Shown: piece by piece, positions 24,320 through 37,793 of the stretch
How positions within the stretch are numbered: position 1 is the stretch's first letter
Layout of the letters: each line of letters starts with the position of its first letter
NCBI GenBank assembly: GCA_951406725.2
Contig: OX597814.1
Location: 27,280,001 to 27,344,000, forward strand
From: Octopus vulgaris
Taxonomy: Eukaryota
DNA: 64,000 bases
Direction: 5' to 3'
Made by a program: the position numbers and the translations under genes
Notes under the pieces: generated by a model
The model's input: the letters and a program-made list of their open reading frames with translations, nothing else
Told to the model about the DNA's origin: nothing
The model's database searches: none

Positions 24320-25202
24320 GTGATAACAGAGGGACAAAACGACACCGCGCAATGGGAGAAGATGAGATTTTTAGGCGGCAGAAAGAAAGACAGGATTTGA
24401 GATGGAATGCTTTGCGATCGTGTGCATAAGTTTCTATGAGTGGAAGTTGGGAAAAGATGGGTTAGAGAATTTAGCGACAGAAAGAAAGACCAAATTTGAG
24501 ACGAGATGTTTTTGCGAAGTTTTTGTGAATGAAAGTTTATATGCTTCAGCTAGCATTTGAGACGAAAGACAACGATAACGCCAATATATGGGGAAACAAT
24601 AATAATAAGAAGGCTTGATGGTGATGATGATACTTGCAAAAACAATGAAAAGAAGGAACAGGACTTAGCTGATATTTTTCATCCTGCGTATTGGCTAAGC
24701 CTGTGGAAGCGAGTGAAGGCGAGATATATATACAGAGAGAGAGAGAGACAGTGATAACAGAGGGAGAAACCGACACCACATAGCGAGAGAGAGAGAGCGA
24801 GAGAGAGAGAGAGAGAGAGAGACATAGTGATAACAGAGGGACAAAACGACACCGCGCAATGGGAGAAGATGAGATTTTTAGGCGGCAGAAAGAAAGACAG
24901 GATTTGAGATGGAATGCTTTGCGATCGTGTGCATAAGTTTCTATGAGTGGAAGTTGGGAAAAGATGGGTTAGAGAATTTAGCGACAGAAAGAAAGACCAA
25001 ATTTGAGACGAGATGTTTTTGCGAAGTTTTTGTGAATGAAAGTTTATATGCTTCAGCTAGCATTTGAGACGAAAGACAACGATAACGCCAATATATGGGG
25101 AAACAATAATAATAAGAAGGCTTGATGGTGATGATGATACTTGCAAAAACAATGAAAAGAAGGAACAGGACTTAGCTGATATTTTTCATCCTGCGTATTG
25201 GC
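22271..25202. repeat. Tandem array, 507-bp unit, ~5.8 near-identical copies
   Basis: Identical ORF-track entries recur at 22517, 23024, 23531, 24038, 24557 and 25064 (period 507; one 519 from a 12-nt GA expansion). Confidence 0.97.
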
Positions 25203-25211
25203 ATATATATA

Positions 25212-25247
<36 letters not shown>

Positions 25248-25264
25248 CACATACATTCATACAT

Positions 25265-25326
<62 letters not shown>

Positions 25327-25343
25327 CATACATTCATACATAT

Positions 25344-25385
<42 letters not shown>

Positions 25386-25591
25386 CATACATTCATACAT
25401 ATATATATATATACACATACATACATTCATACATATATATATATATACACATACATACATTCATACATATATATATATATACACATACATTCATACATAT
25501 ATATATATATATATACACATACATTCATACATATATATATATACACATACATACATTCATACATATATATATATATACACATACATACATT

Positions 25592-25635
<44 letters not shown>

Positions 25636-25754
25636 CATACATTCATACATATATATATACACATACATACATTCATACATATATATATATATATATACAC
25701 ATACATACATTCATACATATATATATATATATATACACATACATACATTCATAC

Positions 25755-25785
<31 letters not shown>

Positions 25786-25985
25786 CATACATTCATACAT
25801 ATATATATATATATATACACATACATACATTCATACATATATATATATATATATACACATACATACATTCATACATATATATATATATATATACACATAC
25901 ATACATTCATACATATATATATATATATATACACATACATACATTCATACATATATATATATATATATATACACATACATACATT

Positions 25986-26022
<37 letters not shown>

Positions 26023-26104
26023 ATATATATATATACACAAGTATATATATACACACATATATATATATACACACACACGTATATACACACACACACACAC
26101 ACAC

Positions 26105-26152
<48 letters not shown>
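25203..26152. repeat. Compound micro/minisatellite CACATACATACATTCATACAT(AT)n
   Basis: Fixed core with variable (AT)n spacer, repeated more than 20 times. Confidence 0.95.
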
Positions 26153-26154
<2 letters not shown>

Positions 26155-29100
26155 TCCAGTAGTCATGTAAAAATGATCATATAAATAAATAAATGAAAAA
26201 CACTTTCAAAAAGTCCTTACTTACAATCATATAAAGCCATAAGGTAAAGCAAAGATATTCCGAATTAAATAATGAAGTGAATATGCAACATATGTCAATG
26301 ACTTTCTACCTGTTTCATTTGTCATGCGTGAGAAATTCTGATTTGAAAATCTTATAATATATGAAAGAGTATTACAGCTGTTTAAGTTATTAACTTTCAA
26401 GTAAGTAAACAGGATCATGAGAGGTCGTCAAAGAAAATATATAAGAAAGATTAACTAAGCTTGAAATAAGTACAAAAAAGATTGCCGATCTATAAAAATC
26501 ACTGAGACAATTTTATATCTACTTCCCTGATACTAAACAAGCTAAATAAATAAAGCAGAACAATACATTAGGTAGAGGTGAGGACAGGCTCTTATGACAA
26601 CTTTTACTTACTATTATATTATTTTTTTTTGTTGCTGTACTTTTTGTCATTTATTTATTTATCATACAATTTAGAGGTAAATAATAAAAAAAAAAACATG
26701 TCCTTTAGCCAATGAAGTAATTGAATTTTCATGCATATATACATGTTCGATAAGTATTCAATAGTTGGATAGTAACATCTGCTGTTGTGGGAGTTGCATG
26801 TATAATCTTAATCAGCTCGTTTATAACTCATTAAATCAAGAAATTAATTGATCATATCCACTTTGGATTTAACCCTACAAAACACATCACCGTATTAAAC
26901 CTAGATTTTGACATTTTATACTAGTGTTTAAGAAAGACATACAGCAAAAGTGAAACTCAAAACTTCAGGACAGTTAACAAATCAACCAATTCCATCTGAC
27001 CCATACAAATATGGAAAAGTGAACAATAAAACGATGATGATGTCAACGGCAGTGGTGATGACATTAGTAAAGAAATGCTTATGATCTTTAAAGGTCGTCA
27101 TGCTGATGAGATTGATGCAGCTAATTTACAACCTGAGTGTCTGCATGAAAAGTGCAGAGGGAACCAGCATTGACTTGACTAAAGGCACCCAAATATCACA
27201 CAATGATGTTAAACCAAGTGACATGTTACACTTATAACACACATTGTGTGTGTGTGTGAGAGTGTGTGTGTGTGTGTGCGCGCACATGCACATTTAATAT
27301 TACCTGTCAGAAAAAAAAGGTACTCCATACCATGATAGAGATTTAATATTTTATTTTAGTCAAGTCAGTCTCTTGCTGCTCTAGAGTTTCACCTTCATAC
27401 ACACGCATGTGCACGTGCAGATACACACACACATAGTCTAATGGAGACTAGCAGACCAAAACTTCAAAATCCCTGTCAACTCTCTTGTAAAATTTTAATA
27501 AACGTCTTATACAGAAATGGAGCATGCAAAATTTGTAGTCATAAAGGTTATAAACCTTATTACACAACAGACAGCATTTGAAAAGTAAAGGAAAAAAAAA
27601 GGTATTAAATAATTCTTCAGTTTAGCGTTAAACTGTTTATCCTACTTAACCTAACATAAAAAAAAAAAAAAATCAATATATTTATATATATAGTAGCATA
27701 GCTTGCATAAAATAGATCACAGAAGTTAACTCACAACACAATTTCTCCAAAGTTTTTCTAAGAAGACATCTTAACACTGATTATATTGAAATACAAAGCA
27801 AAGATATACAAACCATCAACTTATATTATCCCTTATAATTTGCACTATTTAGACTTAAAAAAAATTTTTTAAACATTAATTTACATGTGTATGTATCTCT
27901 CTCGCTCTCTCTCTCTGTCTCTCATATGTGTGTGCATGTGTGTTACCAGAAACTGAGGCTTATTGAATTGTAACTCTAGGCTCCATCATTGGCTCATTTA
28001 TCTCCCTAGTTGAAACATTTAACATTTCCCACTCACTGATAGACATGGAAATACTCACATGCTCTTCATTACTAGTTGGTTGCGTATCATCTTTGCTCAA
28101 GTCATTCTAACAGACACTTACTTCTCTCCTCTTTTTATCACCCATACTTTGTCTCCCCACCACCAGGTCCCATAGTAATCCCTCTCCACAATCCTTCCTT
28201 CGCAAGATGTTAGCCTTCTAGGATTCCTTTACTGCCATATGTTTTTCTGCAGTCATGGATTTATGTTTTATATAATATAGCAACAGTGGTTATAGTTTCC
28301 CAATGGGACAATCACTGGTTCACTACACTTACAATTGCATGAGTAAGATGAGAGTATCTATGCAAGTCATGTGGAACCAATACCACAAACTATTTTAGAT
28401 TGATAGGATTATGAATTTTATTACCATTCTGTATATTTTTTGCCGATATACACTTGTGTTAGACACATACACACAATGATCTTCTGTGCAATTACTGTCT
28501 CCCAAATTTTATTCACAAAGTATTGCTTATCCATACAATATGATAGAAGACACTTGCCCAAGGCACCAGACAGTAGGATCAGATCTAGATTTATTTGCTT
28601 GCAAAGCAAACTTCTTAATCATACACCCAGCATCAACAGCTACTACTCAGCAGTCCGAAAGTCTACAAAGGCCATATGTACAGCTTCTTTCTTCCGAGTA
28701 ATCCATTTTGGATGAAAAATTTTAATATTCTGTGGAATGTGGTACAAGTAAAACTAGAGATCCAAACTTTGGAAACATCACAGTGCTATGTTTGACTGAT
28801 TGTTTGATTTTCTCTAACTGAATATTTATTTATGAGATTTGTTATAAAATTGGTTTGTGTGTAAGATTTGCTGAATTTAAACATATGCATATGGTCACAC
28901 AATCTTCAACTACTTAAGCACATGACACATCAACTTCAGAGTGCAAATTTTCTGAGAAAAATTAAATTACAGGACTACAATCTATATCTTATCAAACAAA
29001 AAATCATAGCTTTAATCTTTTAATGAGGAAAATGTGCAAGATCTAGATATAATTTTATATCCAGTTGCACATACACAGAAACAAATCAATCCATAATGTA

Positions 29101-29314
29101 ATCCATAGTGACAGAACTACAATTAGGTGTCTTCGATCAAAAATCAAAATTACTTTAGGTACATATATTAAAGTGCACTATCCAGAGATTCAACCAAATC
29201 TTGCAGCATGGATCTCAATGAACATAGTGTAAGTTGGTAGACCAATCCACTAGGCAATTTTGTGTGTGTGCACATGTGTATAAATACACACACACACATA
29301 TATATATATATATA

Positions 29315-29608
29315 TCACGTGACCGACCAGTCCATCAGATGTTGTTACACATCGCTGGTCACAATGCATTCGCATTATTTTAGCCTTCGAATGACGCCAC
29401 CCCGCTGGCTAAGCGAGCAGGCCAACAGAAGAAAGAGTGGGAGAAAGTGTGGTGAAAGAGTACAGCAGGGATCACCACCCCCTGCCGGAGCGTCGTGAAG
29501 CTTTTAGGTGTTTTCGCTCAATAAACACTCACAACACCCGGTCTGGGAATCGAAACCGCGATCCTGCGACCGCAAGTCCGCTGCCCTAACCACTGGGCCA
29601 TTGCACCT

Positions 29609-29610
<2 letters not shown>
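29315..29610 (-). mobile_element. tRNA-derived SINE family C, short-tail variant
   Basis: Minus-strand head GGAGGTGCAATGGCCCAGTGGTTAGGGCAGCGG...GGTTTCGATTCCC; lies between (TA)n and (CA)n. Confidence 0.9.
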
Positions 29611-29695
<85 letters not shown>

Positions 29696-29721
29696 TATAT
29701 ATAAGCATGTGTATTTATATA

Positions 29722-30100
29722 CTGTGTGGTAAGAAGCTTGTTTCCCTACCACATGGTTCGAGGTTCAGTCTCACTACATGGGACACCAGGCAAGTGTTTT
29801 CTACTATAGGCTTGGGCCAACCAAAGCCTTGTGAGTAACTTGTGATGGAAACTGAAAGGAGACCACCATGTGTGTGTGTGTTTGTCTTTTTGTCTGTTTG
29901 TCCCCCGCCATCACCATTTGACAACCAGTGTTGGTGTGTTTACATACCTGTAGCTAAGCAGTTCAATTAAAGAGACTGATAGAATAAGTACTAGGCTTAG
30001 CAAAAAGTCCTGGGGTCGATTTGTTCAACTAAAACCCTTCAAGGCAGTGCTCCAGCATGGCTGCAGTCAAATAAATGAAACAAGAAAAAGAATAAAAGAA
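29722..30100 (+). mobile_element. SINE family B
   Basis: CTGTGTGGTAAGAAGCTTG...GGTTCAGTCTC...GAAACAAGAAAAAGAATAAAAG. Confidence 0.85.
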
Positions 30101-30654
30101 TATCTATATCTACACGCACACACACACACATACTTCAATTAGTCTTTTCAGTCACATCTGCCTTGAACAAACATAAAGCTAGCATCTCATGTAGTGGTGC
30201 CATGACAAAATGCAGTCAGTAAGGTGAATAATAAATGAACAGAGACAGCATAGGGTAGAGAAGACTTTTTAGGATAACTGAGGACAACCTCTCATGCTGG
30301 TGCCACAATAAAAAGCCTGCATCTGATAAATTTTGTCTGAAATGAATAATTATCATTTTTATATGCTGATGAGATTGTGGTAGAATAGCAATATCACTAG
30401 AGGAGTGAACAAATTGATTTTTTTATTTATTTCTGTCAGCTTTTTACATTCTGAATTCCAATCCTGTTGAAGTCAACTCTGCTTTTCGTCACTTTAGAGG
30501 CCAATAACATAAAGTACCAGTCAAATATGGGGGTCAACGATATCAAATCCCATCCCTCAAAACTTCTGGTTTAATGCCTAAATTAGAAATAATAGTTAGT
30601 ATTATTATTGATATGATAAAAGCAAAAGTTAGGCTTAACTCTTCTGATTTCCAA

Positions 30655-30988
30655 TCATCATTATCATCATCGTTTAACATCCGCTTTCCATGCTAGCATG
30701 GGTTGGACGATTTGACTGAGGGCTGGCGAACCAGATGGCTGCACCAGGCTCCAATCTTGATCTGGCAGAGTTTCTACAGCTGGATGCCCTTCCTAACTCC
30801 AGCCACTCTGAGAGTGTAGTGGGTGCTTTTATGTGCCACCAGCACAAGGGCCAGTCAGGCAGTACTGGCAACGCTCAAATGGTGTTTTTTATGTGCCACC
30901 TGCACAGGAACCAGTCCAGCAACACTGGAACAATCTCGCTCAAATGTTTTTTCATGTGCCACCAGCACAAGTGCCAGTAAGGCGACGC
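30655..30988 (-). mobile_element. Family A retroposon with tandem units
   Basis: (CAT)n CGTTTAACATCCGCTTTCC plus three ATGTGCCACC units. Confidence 0.88.
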
Positions 30989-30990
30989 AA

Positions 30991-31196
30991 CACTTTAGTG
31001 TTCAGATTACTCTGTCTCATGTAAAGCTTTTTTATTCATTTTGTTTTGAATTAATCATTCATCATCTTATAGCTTAGAGATTTCAATGATGTGACTGTTT
31101 ATTTTTAGAACGACATTGTAGGTTAGGTGTGAGAGGTTTGAAGATAAAACAAGTAGTATATTTGGGCTGGATATGACCAGTTTAAATGTTAATGGG
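30991..31196. mobile_element. piggyBac-type MITE, diverged, opposite orientation
   Basis: CACTTTAGTGTTCAGATTACTCT ... TAATGGG|TTAA; reverse complement of the 4552 family. Confidence 0.75.
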
Positions 31197-32729
31197 TTAA
31201 TAATCTTACAGGACAATGAGATAGTAAATATAAACATTGATTAAGAGATAAGTGCAGTAATTTAGCTGTTGGCCATGAGTTTGATTTTTGAGTCTGCCAA
31301 AAAATATAATAGACTGGTTTATTCAATCAACATAATAAAAGAGGCTAAGAGATGAACATCCCCAATATGGGCAATGGAATAAGGACAATCTATTCTTGCA
31401 GATTTAATAGAGAATTTACTTTGAAATTTCATGAATGTGATCAAGTATAAAAGGCATATGCAAGTATAAAAGGTATATGAAGATTAAAAGGTAAAACAGC
31501 CAAAATATTGTAACTATAACAACCAAGATAAGAAGACTAGTCTGAATATATTAGTGGATAAAAAATGCATCTTGTACACTTTGTAAAGTTGTTGGCATTT
31601 GGAAGGGCATCCTGCCATAGAAACCATGCCAAAATAGAACACATGAGCGAAGTGTAGTCTCTTAACCTAAGAAACAATAACTCTAAATAAAAACTGATTC
31701 TGACCATGATGACTTGGCTAACTTATATCAATACGGAAAGTGGACATAAAACGACAACAACGATGACGGTGACAGTGATGGTAATGGTGATAGTGGTAGT
31801 GGTAATGATGACAATGAGAGCGATAACAACATTTGCATCTCCATAAGACATTTCCAAAAGAAGATTTCTGCATCTTTAAGGCTTCCTCTCCAACAATTTT
31901 CAAATCTTCAAACCTTCCCCAATACTTTCCAAAATAATGAAACTGAACATATTTTTACATTTTAAGAAATTCATCATCATCATCATCACCATCATTCAAA
32001 AAGAAATAAAATGAACTAATATTATAATATAAGAAAGAACGAAAGAAACTAAATAAAGCTTCATTATTTTGAATTATATGTATTTTTTTTAAATATTTCT
32101 TGAAGCAAAATGGCATTTTATTCCACACAAATGTAAAATTAAGTTTTAAAAAATGTATAAAAACGTATTTTGTCTACTATTTGCCATTAATATTTAAAGA
32201 ATACTAATGAACATATGACTTTTAAGAAAGGCTACCAAGTTCATTTATTTAGTACATTATCAAAATCCCAGAAATACCACAAGCTTGACTGTATGAAAAA
32301 GGTCTTAAAAATAATAATGCTAATATAAACTACATGAAATTATGCATTAGAACACAAAATCATAATAAGGAGACATATATATTTAGCATATAGAATCCTC
32401 CCATGAGACATTCTCCACTCCATTAGACCTATTTTATCTCACACACACGCACATATATATCAAAACAAAACAGGAGAATGATATCAAATGTGACATTATA
32501 TGTAAAATATTTAGTTACACTATTTTATATATATTTCATTAAAAAAGAAAAAAGATTATTTATAATATAATGTAAATTATATATTCAATATGTATTATCA
32601 ATTTTGAATTACTGGATTGTTGATTTGCTGATAGAACTAACCATCACAGAGGTAGCAGTCATTCAGTAAAGGATACAAATAAAGGTCACAAGTCTCTGGA
32701 GAGTTGGACAATACATTTTATCTGTATCA

Positions 32730-33098
32730 TTTACTTGTTTCAGTCATTAGACTGCGACCATGCTGAGGAAGTTTTAGTCAAATGAATCAACCTGAATACT
32801 TATTTTCTCTTTTTAAGCCTGCTTTTTATTCTATCGATTTCTTTTGCTGATCTGCTAAGTTATGGGGATATAAACATACCAACACCGGTTGTCAAGCAGT
32901 GATGAAGGACAAACACTCACACACACACAAATATATATATATATATATATATATACAACAAGCTTCTTTCAACTACCGTCTACCAAATCCATTCACAAAG
33001 CTTTGGTCGTCAGTATGGAGCTACAGCAAGACACTTGTCCAATGGGACTGAACCCAGAACCATGTGGCTGAGAAGCAAACTTTTTACTACACAACCAT
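32730..33098 (-). mobile_element. SINE family B
   Basis: TTTACTTGTTTCAGTCATTAGACTGCG through GGGACTGAACCC. Confidence 0.85.
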
Positions 33099-34094
33099 GT
33101 CTTGCAAACAACTTGCACATGCAAGTGCTACCAGTTAAAAGCTCCGCATATCGAAGCTAGCAAGTGTATGGGGTCATCAGGAAAGAAGGCGCGCCGTTTC
33201 GGGGCCTACCTCTCGACGGCATCAATGCGCACCGGCCCCCCTCACTGATATGAGGCCCCGCTTGCTAGATCAGCTGATTATGAAGAACTCAATATACTTC
33301 TAGCCATCGCTCATCGTCTCTTTTTAACCAAATCCAGTGGCTAGCCTTCTCCACTGTAGATTGGATATCAGTCATGGTGGTAATTGTCTTTTTTTTATAT
33401 ATATAATGAAATGTATGTAAGATAAAGTAACTAAATATCATATAAACAATCTCCCATGTTTTGTTGATATATTCTACATGCTCTCTGTGACATATCCAAA
33501 CTCCAACTTCATATTAAATGATATGAGAACAGTAACACAAACAGGCATACACACAGAGTTATTTTTCATGCAATTCAAGTTTAAATTACTCTATATGAAA
33601 ACAGACACTTGTATGCATGCACACACACACACATGCATGCATGCACACACACACACACACACACATGCATGCACACACACACACATGCACTGTACTCTGA
33701 ATTAACCTTGTATCCAGTACATTTTTCCCTAAATATGATCTTGCAAATTGTACTCTGAATTTTTCTATCTCAGCAAAAATGTATTTTATTTTAATTAAAT
33801 TTAGCAAACATATGAACTATTAATCTAGACATCAACATTTAATTAAAATTTTCGATTTAATTAATAGCAAAGGAGTTAGTAATTTATCTCTTAAGCTTCA
33901 TTTTTTTTTTGTTTTGTTTTGATTTTCTATCGTTTTAAAATTTTTATTATTTTAAAGAAATATTTTAATGTCTTAAAAGAACCAAGATTTTGTCAATGGT
34001 TGAAAATGCTTCTATTGACACATGCAGAATCGCAGAATCCCAAGTTCTGTACATACCAGATTTGTTTTTCTTTTATACAACTGTATAGTAAGAA

Positions 34095-34468
34095 GAGTGG
34101 TAAGAAGTCTGCTTCCCAACCACATGGTTTCAGGTTCAGCCCCACTGCATGGCATCTTAGGTAAGTATTTTCTACCATAGTCCTAGGCTGACCAAAGCCT
34201 TGTGAGTGGATTTGGTAAAAGAAAACTGAAAGAAACTTGTCATACATATATGTGTGTATGTATATGTATGTATATTTTTGTGTTCATGTGTGTGTCTCCA
34301 CTCACTGCTTGATATCTGGTGTTGGTTTGTTTACAACCCCATTATTCCCATAACTTAGCAATTCGGTCAAAGCGATTGATAATAAAAGTCACAGACTTTT
34401 TAAAAAAATAAGAACTAAGTCTAAAACCCTTCAAGCTGCAGTAATGACTGAAACAAGTAAAAGATAAA
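34095..34468 (+). mobile_element. SINE family B
   Basis: GTGGTAAGAAGTCTGCTTCCCAACCACATGG through ATGACTGAAACAAGTAAAAG. Confidence 0.8.
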
Positions 34469-34780
34469 AATTATTGTTAAATATAATTGATTAGAATTAG
34501 AAAAGACCAAAAAAAAACATAAAAGGGATGCAACTGCCTAAGCCCTGACAGAATATTAAAGGTCAGTCCTTAGCTCCAAATTCATGGCCAATAAGTGGAT
34601 AAAGAGATAAAGATCCCTTGCACTCTGATACAATGCAAATCTACTGCTGGTAAAATTCTCAGATGATCTCATACTTTTGTTTGACAGGTAAGAAACTGAG
34701 GTGATGTAGAATAGCATTTATTGTGACCCGTAGAATAGTATGTCTATGGATGTAGAATAGTATGTCTATGGTGGTTTTAA

Positions 34781-34992
34781 TCTTTTATCATTCAGATAAC
34801 TCTATCAAATGTAATGCTTATTTGTTTGTGTTGTTTAGAATTAATCATGCATTCATTCTTTGAGATTTCGATGATTTGACTATTTTTAGAATGACATTGT
34901 AGGGTAAGATGTGAGAGGCTGGATCTGGCCAGATTGAACATAAAACATATAGAATATCTGGGTTGGATATAGCCAGTTTAGATGCTAAAGAA
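34781..34992. mobile_element. piggyBac-type MITE, diverged
   Basis: TTAA|TCTTTTATCATTCAGA ... TAGATGCTAAAG; same interior as 30991. Confidence 0.75.
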
Positions 34993-35339
34993 TTATAAAC
35001 TTATAGCTTTTGTGTCATATCCTGTCCACTAAAACATGTCAGACAGACAGATACACATTTGTATACTTGCCCTTGAGTAATTTAAGCTGCTAAAACCAAG
35101 AATGCAAAAACAACAACAACAAAATGTTTAAAAAATAGTAAATGTATATGTAAGTGTATATGTGTGTATGAAAGCATGCATACACACATATTAACACGAT
35201 GATTCTCCAACTGGATTTACTCCCATGATTTAGAAGATGAAATATGAACACACACAGACACACGTTTTACATACAACTTGTATTTCATGACACTCTTTTC
35301 GTCGGCTGTAAACTGGAGATAATAATTTCATTACCTTCA

Positions 35340-36340
35340 GAGTGCATCCCCGTCACCATTGCTGATACTACTGGGGGAACATCCAGGTTCTTTAGGCCCA
35401 CACTGTAACACACATTTTTCCATCAGTTACTCAAGTAACCATCACATAAGCACCATGCAATTATAACCCATTTCAATTATGCAGCAACTATTTTGTTTTA
35501 CTGCTCGCTGAGGAGTCTTTGCTCTCTCTGCTTTAGTCTTTTTCTCACAAGCTATGCAATATACAGGGATATGACAAAGCAAAAACTGTTTCGTCTTATC
35601 CATGACAAAGCATTTTCTACTTCTTTCTCCCATTCATGAATCACTACTCTGCTTATCTTATCAGTTTGATGCTGGTCAGCCAGCTAAGACACTGGATCCA
35701 GTAACAAATCCATATGTAATGGAACAGCTCTTTGTTGATAACACCACACCTTAAAATTCCATGTCAAATATGTCATAGATGGCAAGTAGCTCCTATTTCA
35801 GCTTGCATTAGCTTTCTGAACTGATGTGTCTTCAGACATATTCAGTGGTTGGAATTTCAACTTCGTTTTTATCTGCATTCCATAAAAGACCTTAAAACTT
35901 CCCACACTGAGGAGGGATATCACACAGAACAAATCAGTCAATGACAACCTCTCTTCCTTGGGTACCTGCATGTTCTTTGCTAAGCACCAGTCCAATATTA
36001 CAGTCCCATCTTTCAACAATTACTGCATTAGACTCACTAATACTCTGAGGATGCCAGAGTAGTGTTTTTAAAGTTTGTGTAAACTACCATCATTGCCAAG
36101 GACGCTTTTGCATCTTGCCTTCGTAATCATCTCAATGTCATTGACTGTAAGATTCAAAATGCTACACTGCTCCTCAAATTCAGATGGAAACAAGTTATCA
36201 GTGATGGAGGTTTACTATGGCAGTCTCATATCCTCAACAAAACTAAACCTTACATTCTACAGACTATGCTGGGAGCATTATTTGTGGCACCAGCACTATA
36301 GAGGAAGCCACATCCACAACATGACTAAAGGAATTTCTGA
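35340..36340 (-). mobile_element. Probable heavily decayed non-LTR retrotransposon remnant
   Basis: Complex non-microsatellite sequence with weak peptide echoes (VPKEERL cf. VPWEE; GFV; VLSWLT) of restriction-like-endonuclease LINE C-termini; no intact frame. Confidence 0.3.
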
Positions 36341-36699
36341 CTCCATATCTGCTTGCTCACCTATGCCTTTACAGAGTGAGAGGCAGAAAGAATAAGATAG
36401 AAGCATGAATGATAATGATAAGTTATAAGAGAGACAAGTGGTAAGAGTATTCAGCATTTAGAGATAAGTATGTACAGGCAAGATAACATGTGTAAGAGGA
36501 CAGAGTGACAACAGGATCTATGCAACCCAGGAAATAGAGTGAAAATAGAGAGAGATAGAATGTGTGGGTGAAACAGAGCAAGAGTATAATGGCAGATGGA
36601 GTGAATGGGGAGATGAGAGGCAGTACAGGAGAGGAGAATTAGGGTATACATATATATTGCATGAGAGAAAGTTGGGGTGGTAGATGCATGCTTGTGCTT

Positions 36700-37013
36700 G
36701 TGTGTGTGTGTGTGTCTATGTCCATGTCTTGATATCATGCAATAATTGTAAACAAACATTACTATCATACACACAGTGTCATTTGTTTGTGATTTTCTGT
36801 GAAAGCGCATCCAGCCATTATATTCTTTGTGCTCAAAGGACCCAGGGAAAATATTTCCTTGCTTGGATACAGGTGAAACTTGCAATAAGAAGGGCACCCA
36901 GCCTTAGAAAAATCTGCCTTGTATTGTTTTTGATCCAGGCAAGTATGGAAATGATGATGATGATGGTGGTGGTGGTGGTGGTGGTGGTGGTGGTGATGAT
37001 GATGATGATGATG
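36700..37013 (+). mobile_element. Family G repeat (shares the family A 3' region) with GAT/GGT tail
   Basis: GGGAAAATATTTCCTTGCTTGG..AGAAGGGCACCCAGCC..AAAATCTGCC; related segments at ~5120-5300, ~43060-43270 and ~55110-55600. Confidence 0.65.
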
Positions 37014-37387
37014 TAAAATACACATGCACACAGATTTACATGCACAACCACACATACAGAGAGATAGGGAGAAATTAATGCTAAGTGTAAGCACATGACT
37101 AAACATAGTTAAAATTTCTAAATAAATAATTCTAGGAAATAAATAAATAAATGAGTAATAAAATAAAAAAAATAAATATACATACAAAATACAAAAGCTA
37201 GTTAGAAATTTTGCTCATGGTTGTCAGTGACCAAAATAAAACAAACAGTTGAGATGTTTTCATTTGAACAGCTAAGACCAGCCAGCAGTAACCACCATAA
37301 TTAAACATTGACAATTACAAATAGAACTTAACTAATAAGTATAAAGACAATACAATGCACACACAAAAATACATATACACATACATA

Positions 37388-37793
37388 GGTGCAGGAGTGG
37401 CTGTGTGGTAAGTAGCTTGCTAACCAACCACATGGTTCCAGGTTCAGTCCCACTGCGTGGCATCTTGGGCAAGTGTCTTCTGCTATAGCCCCGGGCCGAC
37501 CAATGCCTTGTGAGTGGATTTGGTAGACGGAAACTGAAAGAAGCCTGTCATATATATGTATATATATATATGTGTGTGTGTGTTTGTGCGTCTATGTTTA
37601 TCCCCCTAGCATTGTTTGACAACCGATGCTGGTGTGCTTACGTCCCCGTCACTTAGCGGTTCGGCAAAAGAGACCGATAGAATAAGTACTGTGCTTACAA
37701 AGAATAAGGCCCGGGGTCGATTTGCTCGACTAAAAGACGGTGCTCCAGCATGGCCGCAGTCAAATGACTGAAACAAGTAAAAGAGTAAAAGAG
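37388..37793 (+). mobile_element. tRNA-derived SINE family B, young full-length copy (CORE-like)
   Basis: A-box-like TGGCTGTGTGG, B-box-like GGTTCAGTCCC, CORE-like CTTGGGCAAGTGTCTT, internal TA/TG microsatellite, tail GTAAAAGAGTAAAAGAG. Confidence 0.92.

Noticed and set aside
22506-24779. Repeated 65-aa and 77-aa ORFs as a tandem gene cluster
   Set aside because: Short, overlapping on both strands, partly microsatellite-derived and with no recognisable domain; they only reflect the DNA repeat.
25064-26184. Longest ORFs (315-368 aa, Y/I/H/T-rich)
   Set aside because: Stop-free translations of TA/CA microsatellite; open in all frames.
35336-35403. Possible 68-nt minus-strand exon (TTACAG|...GAAG|GTAATG; VGLKNLDVPPVVSAMVTGMHSE)
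   Set aside because: Weak polypyrimidine tract, no recognisable homology and adjacent to a probable LINE remnant; needs RNA-seq.
36953-37013. Poly-His or poly-Val/Met ORFs
   Set aside because: (GAT)n(GGT)n tail of a retroposon, not a protein.
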